A DNA stretch of 64,000 nucleotides from Clostridia bacterium (GCA_017541305.1 JAFXZJ010000055.1:106311-170310), one strand, 5' to 3'; positions 45,132-55,950 are shown, counted from the first letter of the stretch. A program made the numbers and translations. The notes: generated from the sequence alone by a model not told the origin.

Positions 45132-47003
45132 ATGAGAATTTATGCCGAAAAGGAAAAATACGACGTTGCCGTGATAGGAGCGGGCCACGCGGGCTGCGAG
45201 GCCGCGCTCGCTTCGGCGCGCATGGGCATGAAGGTGCTGGTGCTCTGCATGGATCTTGATTCCGTCGCGCTGATGGCGTGCAATCCGTCCATAGGCGGCA
45301 CTTCAAAGGGGCATCTGGTGCGCGAGGTAGACGCGCTTGGCGGCGAAATGGGCATAGCGGCCGATGAATGCTTCATTCAAATGCGCATGCTTAATACCGG
45401 CAAGGGCCCCGCGGTGCATTCGCTGCGCGCGCAGATGGACAAGCGCCGCTATCACGAGCGCATGAAGGCCGCTCTTGAAAACGAGCGAAACATCACGCTG
45501 AGACAGGATGAATGCGCCGAAATACTGACTTATAACGGAAGCATCTGCGGTATACGCACCGCTCTCGGCGCCGAATACGACTGCGGAGCGGTGGTGATCT
45601 GCTCCGGCGTCTATCTTAAAGCGCGTGTGCACACCGGCGAGTTTCACCGCGACAGAGGCCCGTCCGGGCTTTCCGCGGCGACCCTTCTTTCCGATTCTCT
45701 GAAGGATATGGGCTTTGAGCTGCGGCGCTTCAAGACGGGCACGCCCCCAAGGGTGAAGGGCTCGTCGCTTGACTTTGACAGGATGCAGCCTCAGTTCGGG
45801 GATGAACCTATACCGCATTTCTCATTCATGACGGATCTGCTGGAAAGGACTCAGGCCCCCTGCTATCTCACCTACACCAACCGGGAAACCCATGAAATAA
45901 TCAAGGAAAATCTCGATCGCTCGCCCATGTTCACAGGCGCGATACACGCCACGGGCACGCGCTACTGCCCCTCTATCGAGGACAAGATAGTGCGCTTTGA
46001 GGGCAAGGACCGCCATCAGCTCTTCATCGAGCCGGAGGGCCTTTCGACCGACGAGATGTACGTGCAGGGGCTTTCAACGAGCCTTCCGCGGGACGTGCAG
46101 GAGGCGATGCTGCGCACGATCGAGGGCATGGAAAACTGCGTGATAATGCGCTATGGCTATGCGATCGAATACGACTGCATCGATCCGACCGAGCTTACGC
46201 CCTGCCTCATGAGCAAGCGCATACCGGGGTTGTTTTTTGCAGGGCAGATCAACGGAAGCTCGGGCTATGAGGAAGCCGCCGCGCAGGGCGTTTACGCGGG
46301 ACTTAACGCCGCGCTTTATATGAAGGCCGAGGAACCCTTCTATATAGGTCGAAGCGACGCCTATATCGGTGTGCTCTGCGACGATCTGACCATGAAGGGC
46401 ACCAACGAGCCTTACAGGATGATGACCTGCCGCGCGGAATACCGCATGCTGCTGCGCCAGGACAACGCCGATCTGCGCCTTACCGAAAAAGCCATGCGCA
46501 CAGGGCTTATATCGCCCGCGCGGTATGACCGCCTGATGAGAAAGCTGGGAGACATAAACGAAGCGGAGGCCGCGCTTGAGAGGACCGTTCGCGCCTCGGT
46601 AAAGCTGAACGAGCTGTTAAGCTCGCGCGAGCTTACGCAGGTCGATGGCTCCGTTAAGCTGTCCACCCTGCTGAAAAGGAAGGGCGTGCGCTATACCGAT
46701 CTTCTGCGGCTGTACGATCTGCCCGATATCGGGCCGGAAGCGCGCGAGGAGGTAGAGATCGAAGCGCTTTACGGCGGCTACATAAAGCGGCAGGAAGAGG
46801 AGATCACGCGGCTCGCCCGGCTTGAGAACGAGAAGATCCCCGCCGATATCGATTATTATGCAATTACCAATCTTCGCACCGAGGCCAGGCAGAAGCTTTC
46901 GAGCATAAGGCCGGAGGACCTGGGGCGCGCGTCGCGCATATCGGGCGTGAGCCCAGCGGATATCGCGGTGCTGGCGGTTTATCTTAAGGCGCAGAGGAGC
47001 TAA
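45132..47003 (+). CDS. mnmG: tRNA uridine 5-carboxymethylaminomethyl modification enzyme MnmG
   Basis: YDVAVIGAGHAGCEAAL FAD motif. The start could also be ATG 45111. Confidence 0.95.
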   Translation: MRIYAEKEKYDVAVIGAGHAGCEAALASARMGMKVLVLCMDLDSVALMACNPSIGGTSKGHLVREVDALGGEMGIAADECFIQMRMLNTGKGPAVHSLRAQMDKRRYHERMKAALENERNITLRQDECAEILTYNGSICGIRTALGAEYDCGAVVICSGVYLKARVHTGEFHRDRGPSGLSAATLLSDSLKDMGFELRRFKTGTPPRVKGSSLDFDRMQPQFGDEPIPHFSFMTDLLERTQAPCYLTYTNRETHEIIKENLDRSPMFTGAIHATGTRYCPSIEDKIVRFEGKDRHQLFIEPEGLSTDEMYVQGLSTSLPRDVQEAMLRTIEGMENCVIMRYGYAIEYDCIDPTELTPCLMSKRIPGLFFAGQINGSSGYEEAAAQGVYAGLNAALYMKAEEPFYIGRSDAYIGVLCDDLTMKGTNEPYRMMTCRAEYRMLLRQDNADLRLTEKAMRTGLISPARYDRLMRKLGDINEAEAALERTVRASVKLNELLSSRELTQVDGSVKLSTLLKRKGVRYTDLLRLYDLPDIGPEAREEVEIEALYGGYIKRQEEEITRLARLENEKIPADIDYYAITNLRTEARQKLSSIRPEDLGRASRISGVSPADIAVLAVYLKAQRS

Positions 47004-47004
47004 T

Positions 47005-47733
47005 ATGGAGCAGAAAAACGAGAATTCGATCATCGAACAGCCCGCGGCAATGACCCCCGAGCTTATTCGCGAGCAATTGAGCGGCTTGACGGAAAAACAA
47101 ACAGAACAATTTATAAGCTATTACAATATGCTCATAGAGCGCAACAAGGTGATGAACCTCACGCGCATCACCTCTCCGCAGGAAGCGGCGCAGAAGCATT
47201 TTGCCGACAGCGCGCAGGGATCGGCGCTCATTCCCGAAGGGGCGCTTGTGATTGACGTCGGCACCGGCGCGGGCTTCCCCGGGATACCCTTAAAGATAAT
47301 GCGTCCGGATATCGAGCTCGTTTTGCTCGATTCGCTCGCAAAGCGCGTCGCCTTCCTCGATGAAGTCTGCGCTTCAATAGGCATAAAGGCCAAAACGATA
47401 CACGCCCGGGCCGAAGACGGAGCGCGCATGGACGGCCTGAGGGGGCATTTCGATATCGCGCTTTCACGCGCGGTAGCGCCCATGAACCTTCTGCTTGAGC
47501 TCACCGTCCCGTTCCTCAAGGTCGGCGGGCGCTCGCTGATGTACAAGTCTGCGGGAGCCGCCGAGGAGATCGCGCTTTGCGCGAACGCCGTGAAGGAGCT
47601 TTCCTGTTCGCTCACACAGCACAGCTTCGACGTACCGTGGGGCGAAAGGACGATCGTGATCGCGGAAAAGCTTTCTAAAACTCCGCCGAAGTATCCCCGC
47701 AAGGCGGGCGTGCCTCAAAAGAAGCCGTTATAA
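47005..47733 (+). CDS. rsmG: 16S rRNA (guanine527-N7)-methyltransferase RsmG
   Basis: Contains NLTRITSPQEAAQKHFADS and VIDVGTGAGFPGIPLKI. Confidence 0.93.
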   Translation: MEQKNENSIIEQPAAMTPELIREQLSGLTEKQTEQFISYYNMLIERNKVMNLTRITSPQEAAQKHFADSAQGSALIPEGALVIDVGTGAGFPGIPLKIMRPDIELVLLDSLAKRVAFLDEVCASIGIKAKTIHARAEDGARMDGLRGHFDIALSRAVAPMNLLLELTVPFLKVGGRSLMYKSAGAAEEIALCANAVKELSCSLTQHSFDVPWGERTIVIAEKLSKTPPKYPRKAGVPQKKPL

Positions 47734-47841
47734 AAATTTTATCGCAAAAGCACTTTGTTTGCGCATAAGGCAGGAATGTACCGATCTCCGAAGAATTGAA
47801 CAGCGGGAACAGCACGTTCGATCTCATTCGGAGGTTTTTTT

Positions 47842-48678
47842 ATGTCGATCTTCAACAGAAAAGATAAAGCCGCTTCAAGCGGGGCCTATTCCGACGCCAA
47901 CGATTATGCCGAGATACCTATCGAGTTGATAGCGCCTAATCCCGATCAGCCGCGAAAGAGCTTTGACGAGGCTTCGATCCGCGAGCTTGCGGCTTCGATC
48001 GCCCAGGTCGGGCTCATTCAGCCCCTTGTCGTAAGACGGCGCGGAAACCGTTTCGAGCTTATCGCGGGTGAACGCCGGTTGAGGGCGGCAAAGCTGCTTG
48101 GAATGAGGCGCATCCCCTGCATGATCGAAGCCCGTGCCGAAAAGGATTCGGCGCTGATGGCGATAATCGAAAACCTGCAGCGCAAGGATCTGCATTTTTT
48201 CGAGGAAGCCGAATGCTATGCCGCGCTGATAAGCAAGCACGGCCTCACTCAGGAGGAGTTGGCGCAGAGCCTTGGCAAGAGCCAGAGCTTCATTGCAAAC
48301 AAGCTGCGCCTTCTTCGGCTCGATCCGGCGGCGCGCAGGGCGATCCGTGACAAGGGCCTGTCCGAGCGTCACGCAAGAGCGCTGCTGGCGCTTGACGATC
48401 CGGGGCTGCGCGTTACGGCGGCGGAGCGCATCGCCCGGGGACAGCTTTCCGTAAAGGAGAGCGAAAGGCTTATTGAAAAGCTGATCTCCGAGGAGCCGCA
48501 GCGCAAGGCCGCGGCACACAAGCCGCGCATCATCAGGGTGTTCAAGGATTATCGCCTGTTTATTAACACTATCAATTCGGCCTGCGGCCAGCTGCGCGAA
48601 AGCGGAATGAACGTCCGCGTCGAAAGCAGCGAATTCGAGAACGGGGTCGATATTATGATAAGGGTCACGCAGAAATAA
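47842..48678 (+). CDS. noc: ParB-family protein, Noc-like (nucleoid occlusion paralogue)
   Basis: Contains NPDQPRKSFDEASIRELAASIAQVGLIQPLVV and IAGERRLRAAK. It sits upstream of soj-spo0J, as noc does in Bacillus. Confidence 0.75.
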   Translation: MSIFNRKDKAASSGAYSDANDYAEIPIELIAPNPDQPRKSFDEASIRELAASIAQVGLIQPLVVRRRGNRFELIAGERRLRAAKLLGMRRIPCMIEARAEKDSALMAIIENLQRKDLHFFEEAECYAALISKHGLTQEELAQSLGKSQSFIANKLRLLRLDPAARRAIRDKGLSERHARALLALDDPGLRVTAAERIARGQLSVKESERLIEKLISEEPQRKAAAHKPRIIRVFKDYRLFINTINSACGQLRESGMNVRVESSEFENGVDIMIRVTQK

Positions 48679-48696
48679 GTGTGCGGCACGAGGGGA

Positions 48697-48712
48697 TGTT
48701 TCACGTGAAACA
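48697..48712. promoter_or_regulatory. parS site 1 (perfect palindrome TGTTTCACGTGAAACA)
   Basis: Exact match to the Firmicute parS consensus TGTTNCACGTGAAACA. The palindrome extends to 20 bp (GATGTTTCACGTGAAACATC). Confidence 0.9.
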
Positions 48713-48737
48713 TCCTTTTATTATGTCCGAACCGTAT

Positions 48738-48753
48738 TGTTTCACGTGAAACA
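48738..48753. promoter_or_regulatory. parS site 2 (perfect palindrome TGTTTCACGTGAAACA)
   Basis: Second identical 16-mer, 41 bp after the first and just upstream of soj. Confidence 0.9.
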
Positions 48754-48834
48754 TTTAAAAAGAGGTTGCGCGCACGGTGGATTTCATTTATAATAAAAGC
48801 GACCGTATGGTCAAATACGATTCAAGAGGTCGCT

Positions 48835-49605
48835 ATGAGTAAGATAGTTGCTGTAGCCAATCAGAAGGGCGGCGTGGGAAAGACCACCACCGCCGTTAAT
48901 TTAGCCGCCTGCACCGCGCAGGAGGGCAATAAAGTGCTGCTTGTGGACGTGGATCCGCAGGGCAACGCCACCAGCGGAGTCGGCGTTGACAAGGACGCCT
49001 GCGAATACAGCGTTTACGACGTGCTTATAAATGAAGTCGACCCTATAAGGGCTATAAGAAAAACGAGGATCGATACGCTTGACGTCATACCCTCGCGCAT
49101 AGAGCTTGCCGGCGCGGAAGTAGAGCTGGTGCCCATGATCGCGCGTGAAAGGAAGCTGCGCGCGGCGCTGAAGGGCATCGCAAAACAGTATGATTACATA
49201 TTCATCGATTGCCCGCCATCGCTGGGATTGCTTACGCTGAACGCGCTTACCGCCGCGAACACTTTGCTCGTGCCCATTCAGTGTGAATATTACGCGCTCG
49301 AAGGTCTCGCTCAGCTTATGAACACGGTGAAGCTTGTGCGCCAGCATCTCAATGAGGATCTTGAGGTCGAGGGCGTTGTGATGACGATGTATGACGCCAG
49401 GACGAACCTTTCGCCGATGGTCGTTGGAGAGGTCAAAAAATTCTTTAAGAACAAGGTGTATGAAACGGTGATACCCCGCTCGGTGCGCCTTGGCGAAGCG
49501 CCCAGCTTCGGGCTGCCCATAACGCTTTACGATCCCAAGAGCGCGGGCGCGAAGGCTTACGTGAATCTAGCAAAGGAGCTGCTTGAAAGAGATGGCAACA
49601 AATAA
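48835..49605 (+). CDS. soj: Chromosome partitioning ATPase ParA/Soj
   Basis: Start at ATG 48835. [19 protein letters not shown] deviant Walker A motif. Confidence 0.95.
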   Translation: MSKIVAVANQKGGVGKTTTAVNLAACTAQEGNKVLLVDVDPQGNATSGVGVDKDACEYSVYDVLINEVDPIRAIRKTRIDTLDVIPSRIELAGAEVELVPMIARERKLRAALKGIAKQYDYIFIDCPPSLGLLTLNALTAANTLLVPIQCEYYALEGLAQLMNTVKLVRQHLNEDLEVEGVVMTMYDARTNLSPMVVGEVKKFFKNKVYETVIPRSVRLGEAPSFGLPITLYDPKSAGAKAYVNLAKELLERDGNK

Positions 49606-50461
49606 GAAAAACAAGACCCTTGGAAAGGGGCTCGATTCGCTGTTCGGCAATTTCGAGCAGCACGAAACCGACGTGGTGAAGAATATTTCGGTGAATCTGA
49701 TCGACAACAATCCCGATCAGCCCCGCAAGATATTTGATGAGGAAAAGCTTGCCGAGCTTGCGGAATCGATCAGAGAGCACGGCATAGTGCAGCCCCTTAT
49801 CGTTAATCGCAATGGCGATCGCTACACCATCATTGCCGGTGAAAGGCGTTTCCGCGCGGCGCGTTTGGCGGGGCTAACCGAAGTGCCCGCCATAGTTCGC
49901 GATATGGACGGACGCGAGGTGATGGAGGTCGCGCTCATCGAGAACATACAGCGCGAAAACCTCAACCCCATCGAAGAAGCGGCGGCGATACGCTTTCTCA
50001 TGAACGAGCATGATCTCACCCAGGAGGAGGTCGCAAAACGCCTCTCAAAGAGCAGGCCCGCAATAGCGAATTCCGTGCGTCTCCTGCAGCTGCCCGAGGC
50101 CGTGCAGGATCATCTGCGCGATGGTAAGCTCCTTCCCGGCCACGCAAGGGTGCTCGCCTCCGTCGAGGATGAGGAATTGCTTGAAAAGCTTGCCGCCAAG
50201 TGCGCGGAAAGCGGCTGGTCCGTCCGCGAGACGGAGGAACAGGTCAGAAAGGCGATCACGCTTGCCGAACTGCACAAGCGTCCTCACAAGCGCAGGCGGC
50301 TTTCCAACGACCTTTCGGCCGCAAGGAGCAGGCTGCGCGAGCGCCTTGGCACCCGCGTGGAGATACAGGGCGATGAAAAGAAGGGCAAGATCATAATAGA
50401 GTATTATACCGATGAATCGCTGCAAACCGTTTATGATATCATAATGGGTGGCGAGGAATGA
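49592..50461 (+). CDS. spo0J: Chromosome partitioning protein ParB/Spo0J
   Basis: Start at ATG 49592. Contains [41 protein letters not shown] and [10 protein letters not shown]. Confidence 0.95.
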   Translation: MATNKKNKTLGKGLDSLFGNFEQHETDVVKNISVNLIDNNPDQPRKIFDEEKLAELAESIREHGIVQPLIVNRNGDRYTIIAGERRFRAARLAGLTEVPAIVRDMDGREVMEVALIENIQRENLNPIEEAAAIRFLMNEHDLTQEEVAKRLSKSRPAIANSVRLLQLPEAVQDHLRDGKLLPGHARVLASVEDEELLEKLAAKCAESGWSVRETEEQVRKAITLAELHKRPHKRRRLSNDLSAARSRLRERLGTRVEIQGDEKKGKIIIEYYTDESLQTVYDIIMGGEE

Positions 50462-51210
50462 GCCCGCAGCTCAAAAGCGGCGAACGCATAGAGGATCTTC
50501 AGTTTAAGGGCCTGCGCATAATCCAGAGCGAGAGCGGGTTTCGTTTCGGCACGGATTCGGTACTGCTTGCGGGCTTTGCGAACGTGGGATCCAAGGACCG
50601 CGTGGCGGATCTGGGCAGCGGAACGGGCGTCATGGCGATACTGCTCGAGGGCAGGACGGGCGCGCGCCTGACCGGGATCGAGATACAGGCCGTGCAGTGC
50701 GATATGGCCTCGCGCTCGGCTGAGCTTAACGGCCAAAAGATCGATTTCATAAATGCGGATATGCGCAAAGCGCACGAGCTCATCGGGACGGGTGTGTTCG
50801 ACGCGGCAATATGCAACCCACCCTATTATCCGCAGAATGCCGGAGAGGTGAGCCGAAAGGGCGAGGGCGAATTCGAAGGCGCGGCCACGCACGAGCTTTA
50901 CTGCACGCTTGAAGAGGTGTCCCTGACCGCATCAAGGCTCATAAAGTACGGCGGCAAGCTGTTTATCTGCTGCCCAGCGGGAAGGCTATCCGAAATGTTC
51001 TGTTCACTGACCGCAAACGGATTGGAGCCCAAGCGCCTGCGCCTTGTATCGTCGCGGGCTGATAAGCTCCCCTACCTTGCGCTGATTGAGGCCAAGAAGG
51101 GCGCGTCCAAGGGCCTCAGGATCGAAACGCCGCTGATCGTGTGTGACGCGGACGGGAACCATACGCCCGAGGTGCGGCGTATCTACCATGAGGAAGAGGA
51201 ACGGGAATGA
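50458..51210 (+). CDS. SAM-dependent methyltransferase, tRNA(adenine37-N6) TrmN6/YabB-like
   Basis: Contains DLGSGTGVMAILL and the NPPY motif (ICNPPYY). It precedes rsmI, as yabB does in Bacillus. Confidence 0.65.
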   Translation: MSPQLKSGERIEDLQFKGLRIIQSESGFRFGTDSVLLAGFANVGSKDRVADLGSGTGVMAILLEGRTGARLTGIEIQAVQCDMASRSAELNGQKIDFINADMRKAHELIGTGVFDAAICNPPYYPQNAGEVSRKGEGEFEGAATHELYCTLEEVSLTASRLIKYGGKLFICCPAGRLSEMFCSLTANGLEPKRLRLVSSRADKLPYLALIEAKKGASKGLRIETPLIVCDADGNHTPEVRRIYHEEEERE

Positions 51211-52061
51211 GTGCTGAAACAAACGTGACCCTGCCCGCAAAGCTTTATCTGTGTGCAACGCCCATAGGAAATATGGGCGATATCACCCTGCGCGTGCTCG
51301 AAACGCTGAAAGCCGCGGAGGTGATCTTCTGCGAGGATACGCGTAATTCGGGCGCGATGCTGAGCAAGCTGGGTATTAAAAAGCCGCTCGAAAGCTGTCA
51401 TGAGCACAACGAGGCGGCCGCGGCTGAGCGCGTGATGAGCCTTGTGCGGAGCGGAAAGCCCGTGGCATACGTATCCGACGCAGGCATGCCGTGCATTTCG
51501 GATCCCGGAGAGAGGCTTGTGGCGGCGTGCATCGAAAACGGAATACCCTTCGAGGTGCTTCCAGGAGCTTCGGCAAGCCTTACCGCCGCGATAATGAGCG
51601 GGCTGCCCACAAAGCGCATATTTTTTGCCGGCTTCCTCCCCCGCGAGAATCGCGAGCGCAACGAGCTGTTGGCCGAGATAAAGCGCGTCAAGGCAACGGT
51701 GGTGCTTTACGAGAGCCCCTACCGCGTCGGCGCGACGCTTAAGGAGCTTCTGCGCGTGTTGGGCGACAGGCGTGCGGCGGTCGTGCGCGAGATAACGAAG
51801 CTGCACGAGGAAGCGGTGCGCGGGACGGTGGCGAGCCTGGCCGAAAGATACGCGGAGGATGACCCCAAGGGCGAATGCGTGATAGTGATCTCGGGCGAGG
51901 GCGAAGCGGAGGCTCAGGCCGAAACGCTCGACGAGCTGCTGATGCGCCTCCTGCGCGATGGGATGAGCGTGAAGGACGCGGCAAAGCAGGCCGCGCTCAT
52001 AATGGACGTATCCAAGAGCGAGGCGTATGCGCGCGCGAACGAACTGCGGGACGGGCTGTGA
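51207..52061 (+). CDS. rsmI: 16S rRNA (cytidine1402-2'-O)-methyltransferase RsmI
   Basis: Contains LYLCATPIGNMGDITLRVLETLKAAEVIFCEDTR. Confidence 0.93.
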   Translation: MSAETNVTLPAKLYLCATPIGNMGDITLRVLETLKAAEVIFCEDTRNSGAMLSKLGIKKPLESCHEHNEAAAAERVMSLVRSGKPVAYVSDAGMPCISDPGERLVAACIENGIPFEVLPGASASLTAAIMSGLPTKRIFFAGFLPRENRERNELLAEIKRVKATVVLYESPYRVGATLKELLRVLGDRRAAVVREITKLHEEAVRGTVASLAERYAEDDPKGECVIVISGEGEAEAQAETLDELLMRLLRDGMSVKDAAKQAALIMDVSKSEAYARANELRDGL

Positions 52062-52081
52062 TCCGATGTGACATTCTTATT

Positions 52082-52102
52082 GCGGCTTTTGCCGCTTTTT
52101 TT
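52082..52102 (+). terminator. Intrinsic terminator after rsmI
   Basis: GCGGC-tttt-GCCGC followed by TTTTTTT. Confidence 0.75.
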
Positions 52103-52136
52103 GTATAAACGGGAATACGCGCTAATAGAATGAACC

Positions 52137-52697
52137 ATGATGGCATGGGTATTCGGCATAATGACAGCGGCGGGACTGCTGATATTTATGATAAACGGCG
52201 ATGGGTCGGGGGCGCTTGAAGCGCTCGTGAAGGGCTGTGACGGCGCGGTTAGCCTGACGGTGACGCTTGCGGGGGCGTATATTTTGTGGTCGGGCCTTAT
52301 GCGCATAGCCGAAAAAGCCGGCCTCATCGAAAAGCTCGCCAAACGAATGCAAAAGCCTCTTTCCTTCCTGATGCCGGGATGCGGGGACGCGGCGGCGCCG
52401 GTGGCGCTGAATCTGGCGGCAAATTTCTTCGGCCTGGGAGCGGCGGCAACGCCCTTCGGGATAGAGGCGATGCAAAGGCTCGACAGGGGCGACGGGCGTG
52501 CGTCGAATAATATGGTGATGTTCATCGCGCTCAACTCATCGGCGATAGAGCTTCTTCCCACGGGCGTGATCGCGCTGCGCACGGCCTGCGGGTCTGCGGC
52601 GCCTTACGATATTGTCCTTCCCACCTTTTTGGCGTCGATCGCGGCGGCCGCGGCGGCTGTGCTTAGCTGTAAGCTGCTTGAAAGGGTATTCAAATGA
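52137..52697 (+). CDS. spmA: Spore maturation protein A (nucleoside-recognition domain)
   Basis: Contains LWSGLMRIAEKAGLIEKLAKRMQKPLSFL and NFFGLGAAATPFGIEAMQRL. Confidence 0.8.
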   Translation: MMAWVFGIMTAAGLLIFMINGDGSGALEALVKGCDGAVSLTVTLAGAYILWSGLMRIAEKAGLIEKLAKRMQKPLSFLMPGCGDAAAPVALNLAANFFGLGAAATPFGIEAMQRLDRGDGRASNNMVMFIALNSSAIELLPTGVIALRTACGSAAPYDIVLPTFLASIAAAAAAVLSCKLLERVFK

Positions 52698-53206
52698 AAG
52701 CGGCGGAGCTTATAATGCCCGTTGCCGTGTTTGCGCTTATCGTGTACGCGCTTATAAGAAGGGTGAACGTTTACAAGGCGTTCGTCGAGGGGGCGGCGGA
52801 AGCGCTCCCCCGGCTTTTGAACATACTTCCCTATCTTGCGGCAATGCTTGCGGCGATAGAGATATTCCGCGGCTCCGGAGCGCTTGACGCAGTGGTAAAG
52901 CTCGTGGGACCCGCACTTGAAAGCGTGGGCCTGCCCGCGGGCACGGCGCCGCTCATACTGCTCAGACCCTTTTCGGGCAGCGCGTCGCTCGCCCTGCTCA
53001 AGGATATCCTTACCGAGCATGGGCCGGATTCCCCCGCGGGGCGCACGGCCTCGGTCATACTGGGCTCAACGGAGACGGTCTTTTACACCGTTTCGGTCTA
53101 TTTCGGTTCGGTGGGAGTGACAAGGACGCGCCACTCGATACCCGCCGCGCTCATTTCGGGTATCGTCGGAACGGCGGCGGGAGCGCTGCTCACAAGCGTG
53201 TTTTGA
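52694..53206 (+). CDS. spmB: Spore maturation protein B
   Basis: Overlaps spmA. Contains LRPFSGSASLALLKDIL and GSTETVFYTVSVYFG. Confidence 0.8.
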   Translation: MKAAELIMPVAVFALIVYALIRRVNVYKAFVEGAAEALPRLLNILPYLAAMLAAIEIFRGSGALDAVVKLVGPALESVGLPAGTAPLILLRPFSGSASLALLKDILTEHGPDSPAGRTASVILGSTETVFYTVSVYFGSVGVTRTRHSIPAALISGIVGTAAGALLTSVF

Positions 53207-53291
53207 AAGCGATTTTTCAAGCAAAAACGGTCTTATTTGCATTTTCGGCCCGGATGTGATATAATAAGAAAAAAAGCATTCGAGGTCCATT

Positions 53292-54014
53292 ATGAAGATC
53301 GACGTCCTGCCGGTATTCGGCAAACAAACGGATTATCAGCTCAAGGACACCACGGTGATAGTCGTGGATGTTTTGCGAGCGACGACTTCCATAATCTCCG
53401 CGATCAACGGAGGAGCGATCAAGGTCGTTCCCACCATCGATCCCGGCGACGCGGTGGCGCTTGCCTCAAGGCTGGGCGCGCGTGAATGCGTGCTCGGCGG
53501 CGAGCGCGGCGGTATCAAGATCAACGGGTTCGATCTGGGCAATTCGCCCAAGGAATACCTCACCCGCACGGTCAAGAACAAGACGGTCATCGTCTCCACC
53601 ACCAACGGCACAGGCGCGCTGCACTCAGTCAAATCAGCCGATAAGATACTGATCGGCGCCATGATCAACCGCACCGCCGTCGCCAAGGCGGCCGCCTGCG
53701 ATGGGAACGATATCCTCATCGTGTGCGCGGGCACCGACGGGCAGCCCTCGGCGGACGATCTTTTGACTGCCGGAGCTATAATCGACGCAGTCAGGATCTA
53801 TGCCGACGTGCGCGAGGGCGAGCTTTCCGATATGGGCATAATCTGCGAAACGCTCTATAAGGATTGGAACGCCGAAAGCTTTGATATCTCCAAGACGTTC
53901 CACTATTCGCGCCTTGTCGGGCTGGGCTTTGACGAGGACGTTAAGTTCTGCTTCACTCCCGACACGACCGATACCGTCCCCTGCTATAAGGACGGTGTGA
54001 TAGTCAAGCTGTGA
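53292..54014 (+). CDS. 2-phosphosulfolactate phosphatase (ComB) family protein
   Basis: Contains VIVVDVLRATTSIISAINGGA and VSTTNGT. A TTGCAT-17-TATAAT promoter lies upstream. Confidence 0.7.
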   Translation: MKIDVLPVFGKQTDYQLKDTTVIVVDVLRATTSIISAINGGAIKVVPTIDPGDAVALASRLGARECVLGGERGGIKINGFDLGNSPKEYLTRTVKNKTVIVSTTNGTGALHSVKSADKILIGAMINRTAVAKAAACDGNDILIVCAGTDGQPSADDLLTAGAIIDAVRIYADVREGELSDMGIICETLYKDWNAESFDISKTFHYSRLVGLGFDEDVKFCFTPDTTDTVPCYKDGVIVKL

Positions 54015-54973
54015 AGGCGCATATCAGAAACAAGCATAAGGCCGCGGGCGGTGTGAAAAAGCGCCGTCTGCGGCTATTTGTTTTGATCCCGCTGCTTGCG
54101 ATAGTGCTATTCTTCCTGATCGGCGCATTAATTTCTTTAACATGGAACAACACTATCACCGAGGCATATTACACTGTCGCCTCCCCCAAGCTCACACGTG
54201 ACATGCGCATTGTGCTCATCAGCGACCTGCACCGAAAGAAATTCGATGATACAAATCAGACGCTCGTAGATCTCATCGCGGCAAAGGAGCCTGATCTCAT
54301 CTGTGTTGATGGAGATATGCTCGAGCGCGGCCACACTGAAAGCGAGGACGAGGAATTCGTTTCGCTCCTTGCCCGCCTTGCGGAAATAGCTCCCACCTAT
54401 TTCGCGCCGGGCAATCACGACTACATGGCTTACTGTGCTTCGGCGCAAAAGCAGGAGACGGAATACGACGGCATGCTGGGGAGATCGGAGCTGCTGGACA
54501 GGCTTGAGGCCACGGGCGCAGTGTTCATGGAAGAGAATTACAGAGATGTTGTAATAAATGATAATAATATAAGGATAGGCGGTTTCTACGAGTTCGCCTA
54601 CCTTTCCGAATACGACACGGACGAGAGCTGGGCAAGGCGCAGGCCCTTCCTTGAGGATTTCTGCGGCACGGATTCGTTCAAGCTGATGCTCTCGCACCGT
54701 CCGGACAGCTTCATCTATTCCGGCGCGGGCAGCGCGTGGGATATCGATCTGGTGCTTTCCGGGCACACGCATAACGGCGTGATAGCGCTTCCGTTCATCC
54801 ACAGAGCGATATGGACCAGCGAGGGGCTCTTCCCCGAGCATGACCGCGGGCTGTTCGATCTGGGGAGCATGAAGATGGTGATCACCTCGGGCTTCGACGG
54901 GCATCCGCCCATACCGCGGGTGTTCAACCCGCCCGAGATAGCCGTGATCGATCTGCTGGCGGCCTCGGACTGA
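54011..54973 (+). CDS. Membrane-anchored metallophosphoesterase (YkuE-like)
   Basis: GTG start overlapping the previous stop. Contains ISDLH, DGDM, GNHDY and SGHTHNG. Confidence 0.8.
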   Translation: MKAHIRNKHKAAGGVKKRRLRLFVLIPLLAIVLFFLIGALISLTWNNTITEAYYTVASPKLTRDMRIVLISDLHRKKFDDTNQTLVDLIAAKEPDLICVDGDMLERGHTESEDEEFVSLLARLAEIAPTYFAPGNHDYMAYCASAQKQETEYDGMLGRSELLDRLEATGAVFMEENYRDVVINDNNIRIGGFYEFAYLSEYDTDESWARRRPFLEDFCGTDSFKLMLSHRPDSFIYSGAGSAWDIDLVLSGHTHNGVIALPFIHRAIWTSEGLFPEHDRGLFDLGSMKMVITSGFDGHPPIPRVFNPPEIAVIDLLAASD

Positions 54974-55101
54974 GGCGAAAATGCGCAGACGAACTCGAAT
55001 TTATCCAAATGGCTTTACATTTTAAATACCTTGTGATAGAATATAGACGGCAAAAAAGGCGTATGCCTGCTGTCTATTATTCTTTTTTATTGAGGTATCA
55101 T

Positions 55102-55950
55102 ATGATCAAAATCTCCTGCGACAGCACGGCGGATCTTTCGCCGGAGCTGTATGAGCGCTACAACATCTCCAAGCTGCCGCTCTATATCAATATCGGCGGC
55201 AAGGAATACATCGATGGCGTAGACCTCACCTCGGAGCAGCTCTTCAAGCTGGTGGACGAAACGGGCGAGCTGCCCACCACCGCCGCGCAGAGCATCGAGG
55301 ATTTCACAAAGTATCTTAACGGCATCAGGGAGGAGAATCCCGGCTGTGAAATAATCCATTTCACCATCTCGTCCGGCTTCTCCACCACCTACAACGTCGC
55401 TTCCATCGCCGCGCAGGAAATGGAGGGCGTGTACGTGGTCGATTCGAGGAATCTTTCCTCGGGCATCGGTCAGACCGTCATCGAGGCCTGCGAAATGGCG
55501 GCCAAGGGCATGGAAGCGTCCGAGATCGTCCGTATAGCCGAAGAGGATATCATCCCCAAGGTGGACGCCAGCTTCACCCTCGACACGCTCAAGTACATGG
55601 CCAAGGGCGGCCGCTGCTCCACCGTTGCGGCGCTCGGCGCAAACCTTCTGCAGCTCAAGCCCTGCATCGAGGTCGTCGACGGCGGAATGCGCGTCGGCAA
55701 GAAGTACAAGGGCAAATACAACCGCGTTGTAAGGCAGTATGTGAACGACCGTCTGGCGAATATAGACGATATCCGTCCCGACAGGATATTCATCACCAGC
55801 GCGCACTGCAGGCAGGAATACATCGACGCGGCGTATGAGGAAGTCTCCAAGCTGAATTACTTCAAGGAGATACTCATCACCGAGGCCGCCTGCACCGTTT
55901 CCTCGCACTGCGGGCCGAATACGATCGGCGTGCTTTTCATCCACAAGTAA
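55102..55950 (+). CDS. DegV family fatty-acid-binding protein
   Basis: Start at ATG 55102 behind GAGG. Begins MIKISCDSTADLSPELYERYNISKLPLYI. Confidence 0.88.
   Translation: MIKISCDSTADLSPELYERYNISKLPLYINIGGKEYIDGVDLTSEQLFKLVDETGELPTTAAQSIEDFTKYLNGIREENPGCEIIHFTISSGFSTTYNVASIAAQEMEGVYVVDSRNLSSGIGQTVIEACEMAAKGMEASEIVRIAEEDIIPKVDASFTLDTLKYMAKGGRCSTVAALGANLLQLKPCIEVVDGGMRVGKKYKGKYNRVVRQYVNDRLANIDDIRPDRIFITSAHCRQEYIDAAYEEVSKLNYFKEILITEAACTVSSHCGPNTIGVLFIHK

Noticed and set aside
41658-48519. Minus-strand ORFs 41658..42605, 44024..44932, 45303..45818, 47121..47702 and 47875..48519.
   Set aside because: They are antisense to yidC, mnmE, mnmG, rsmG and noc, with no independent support.
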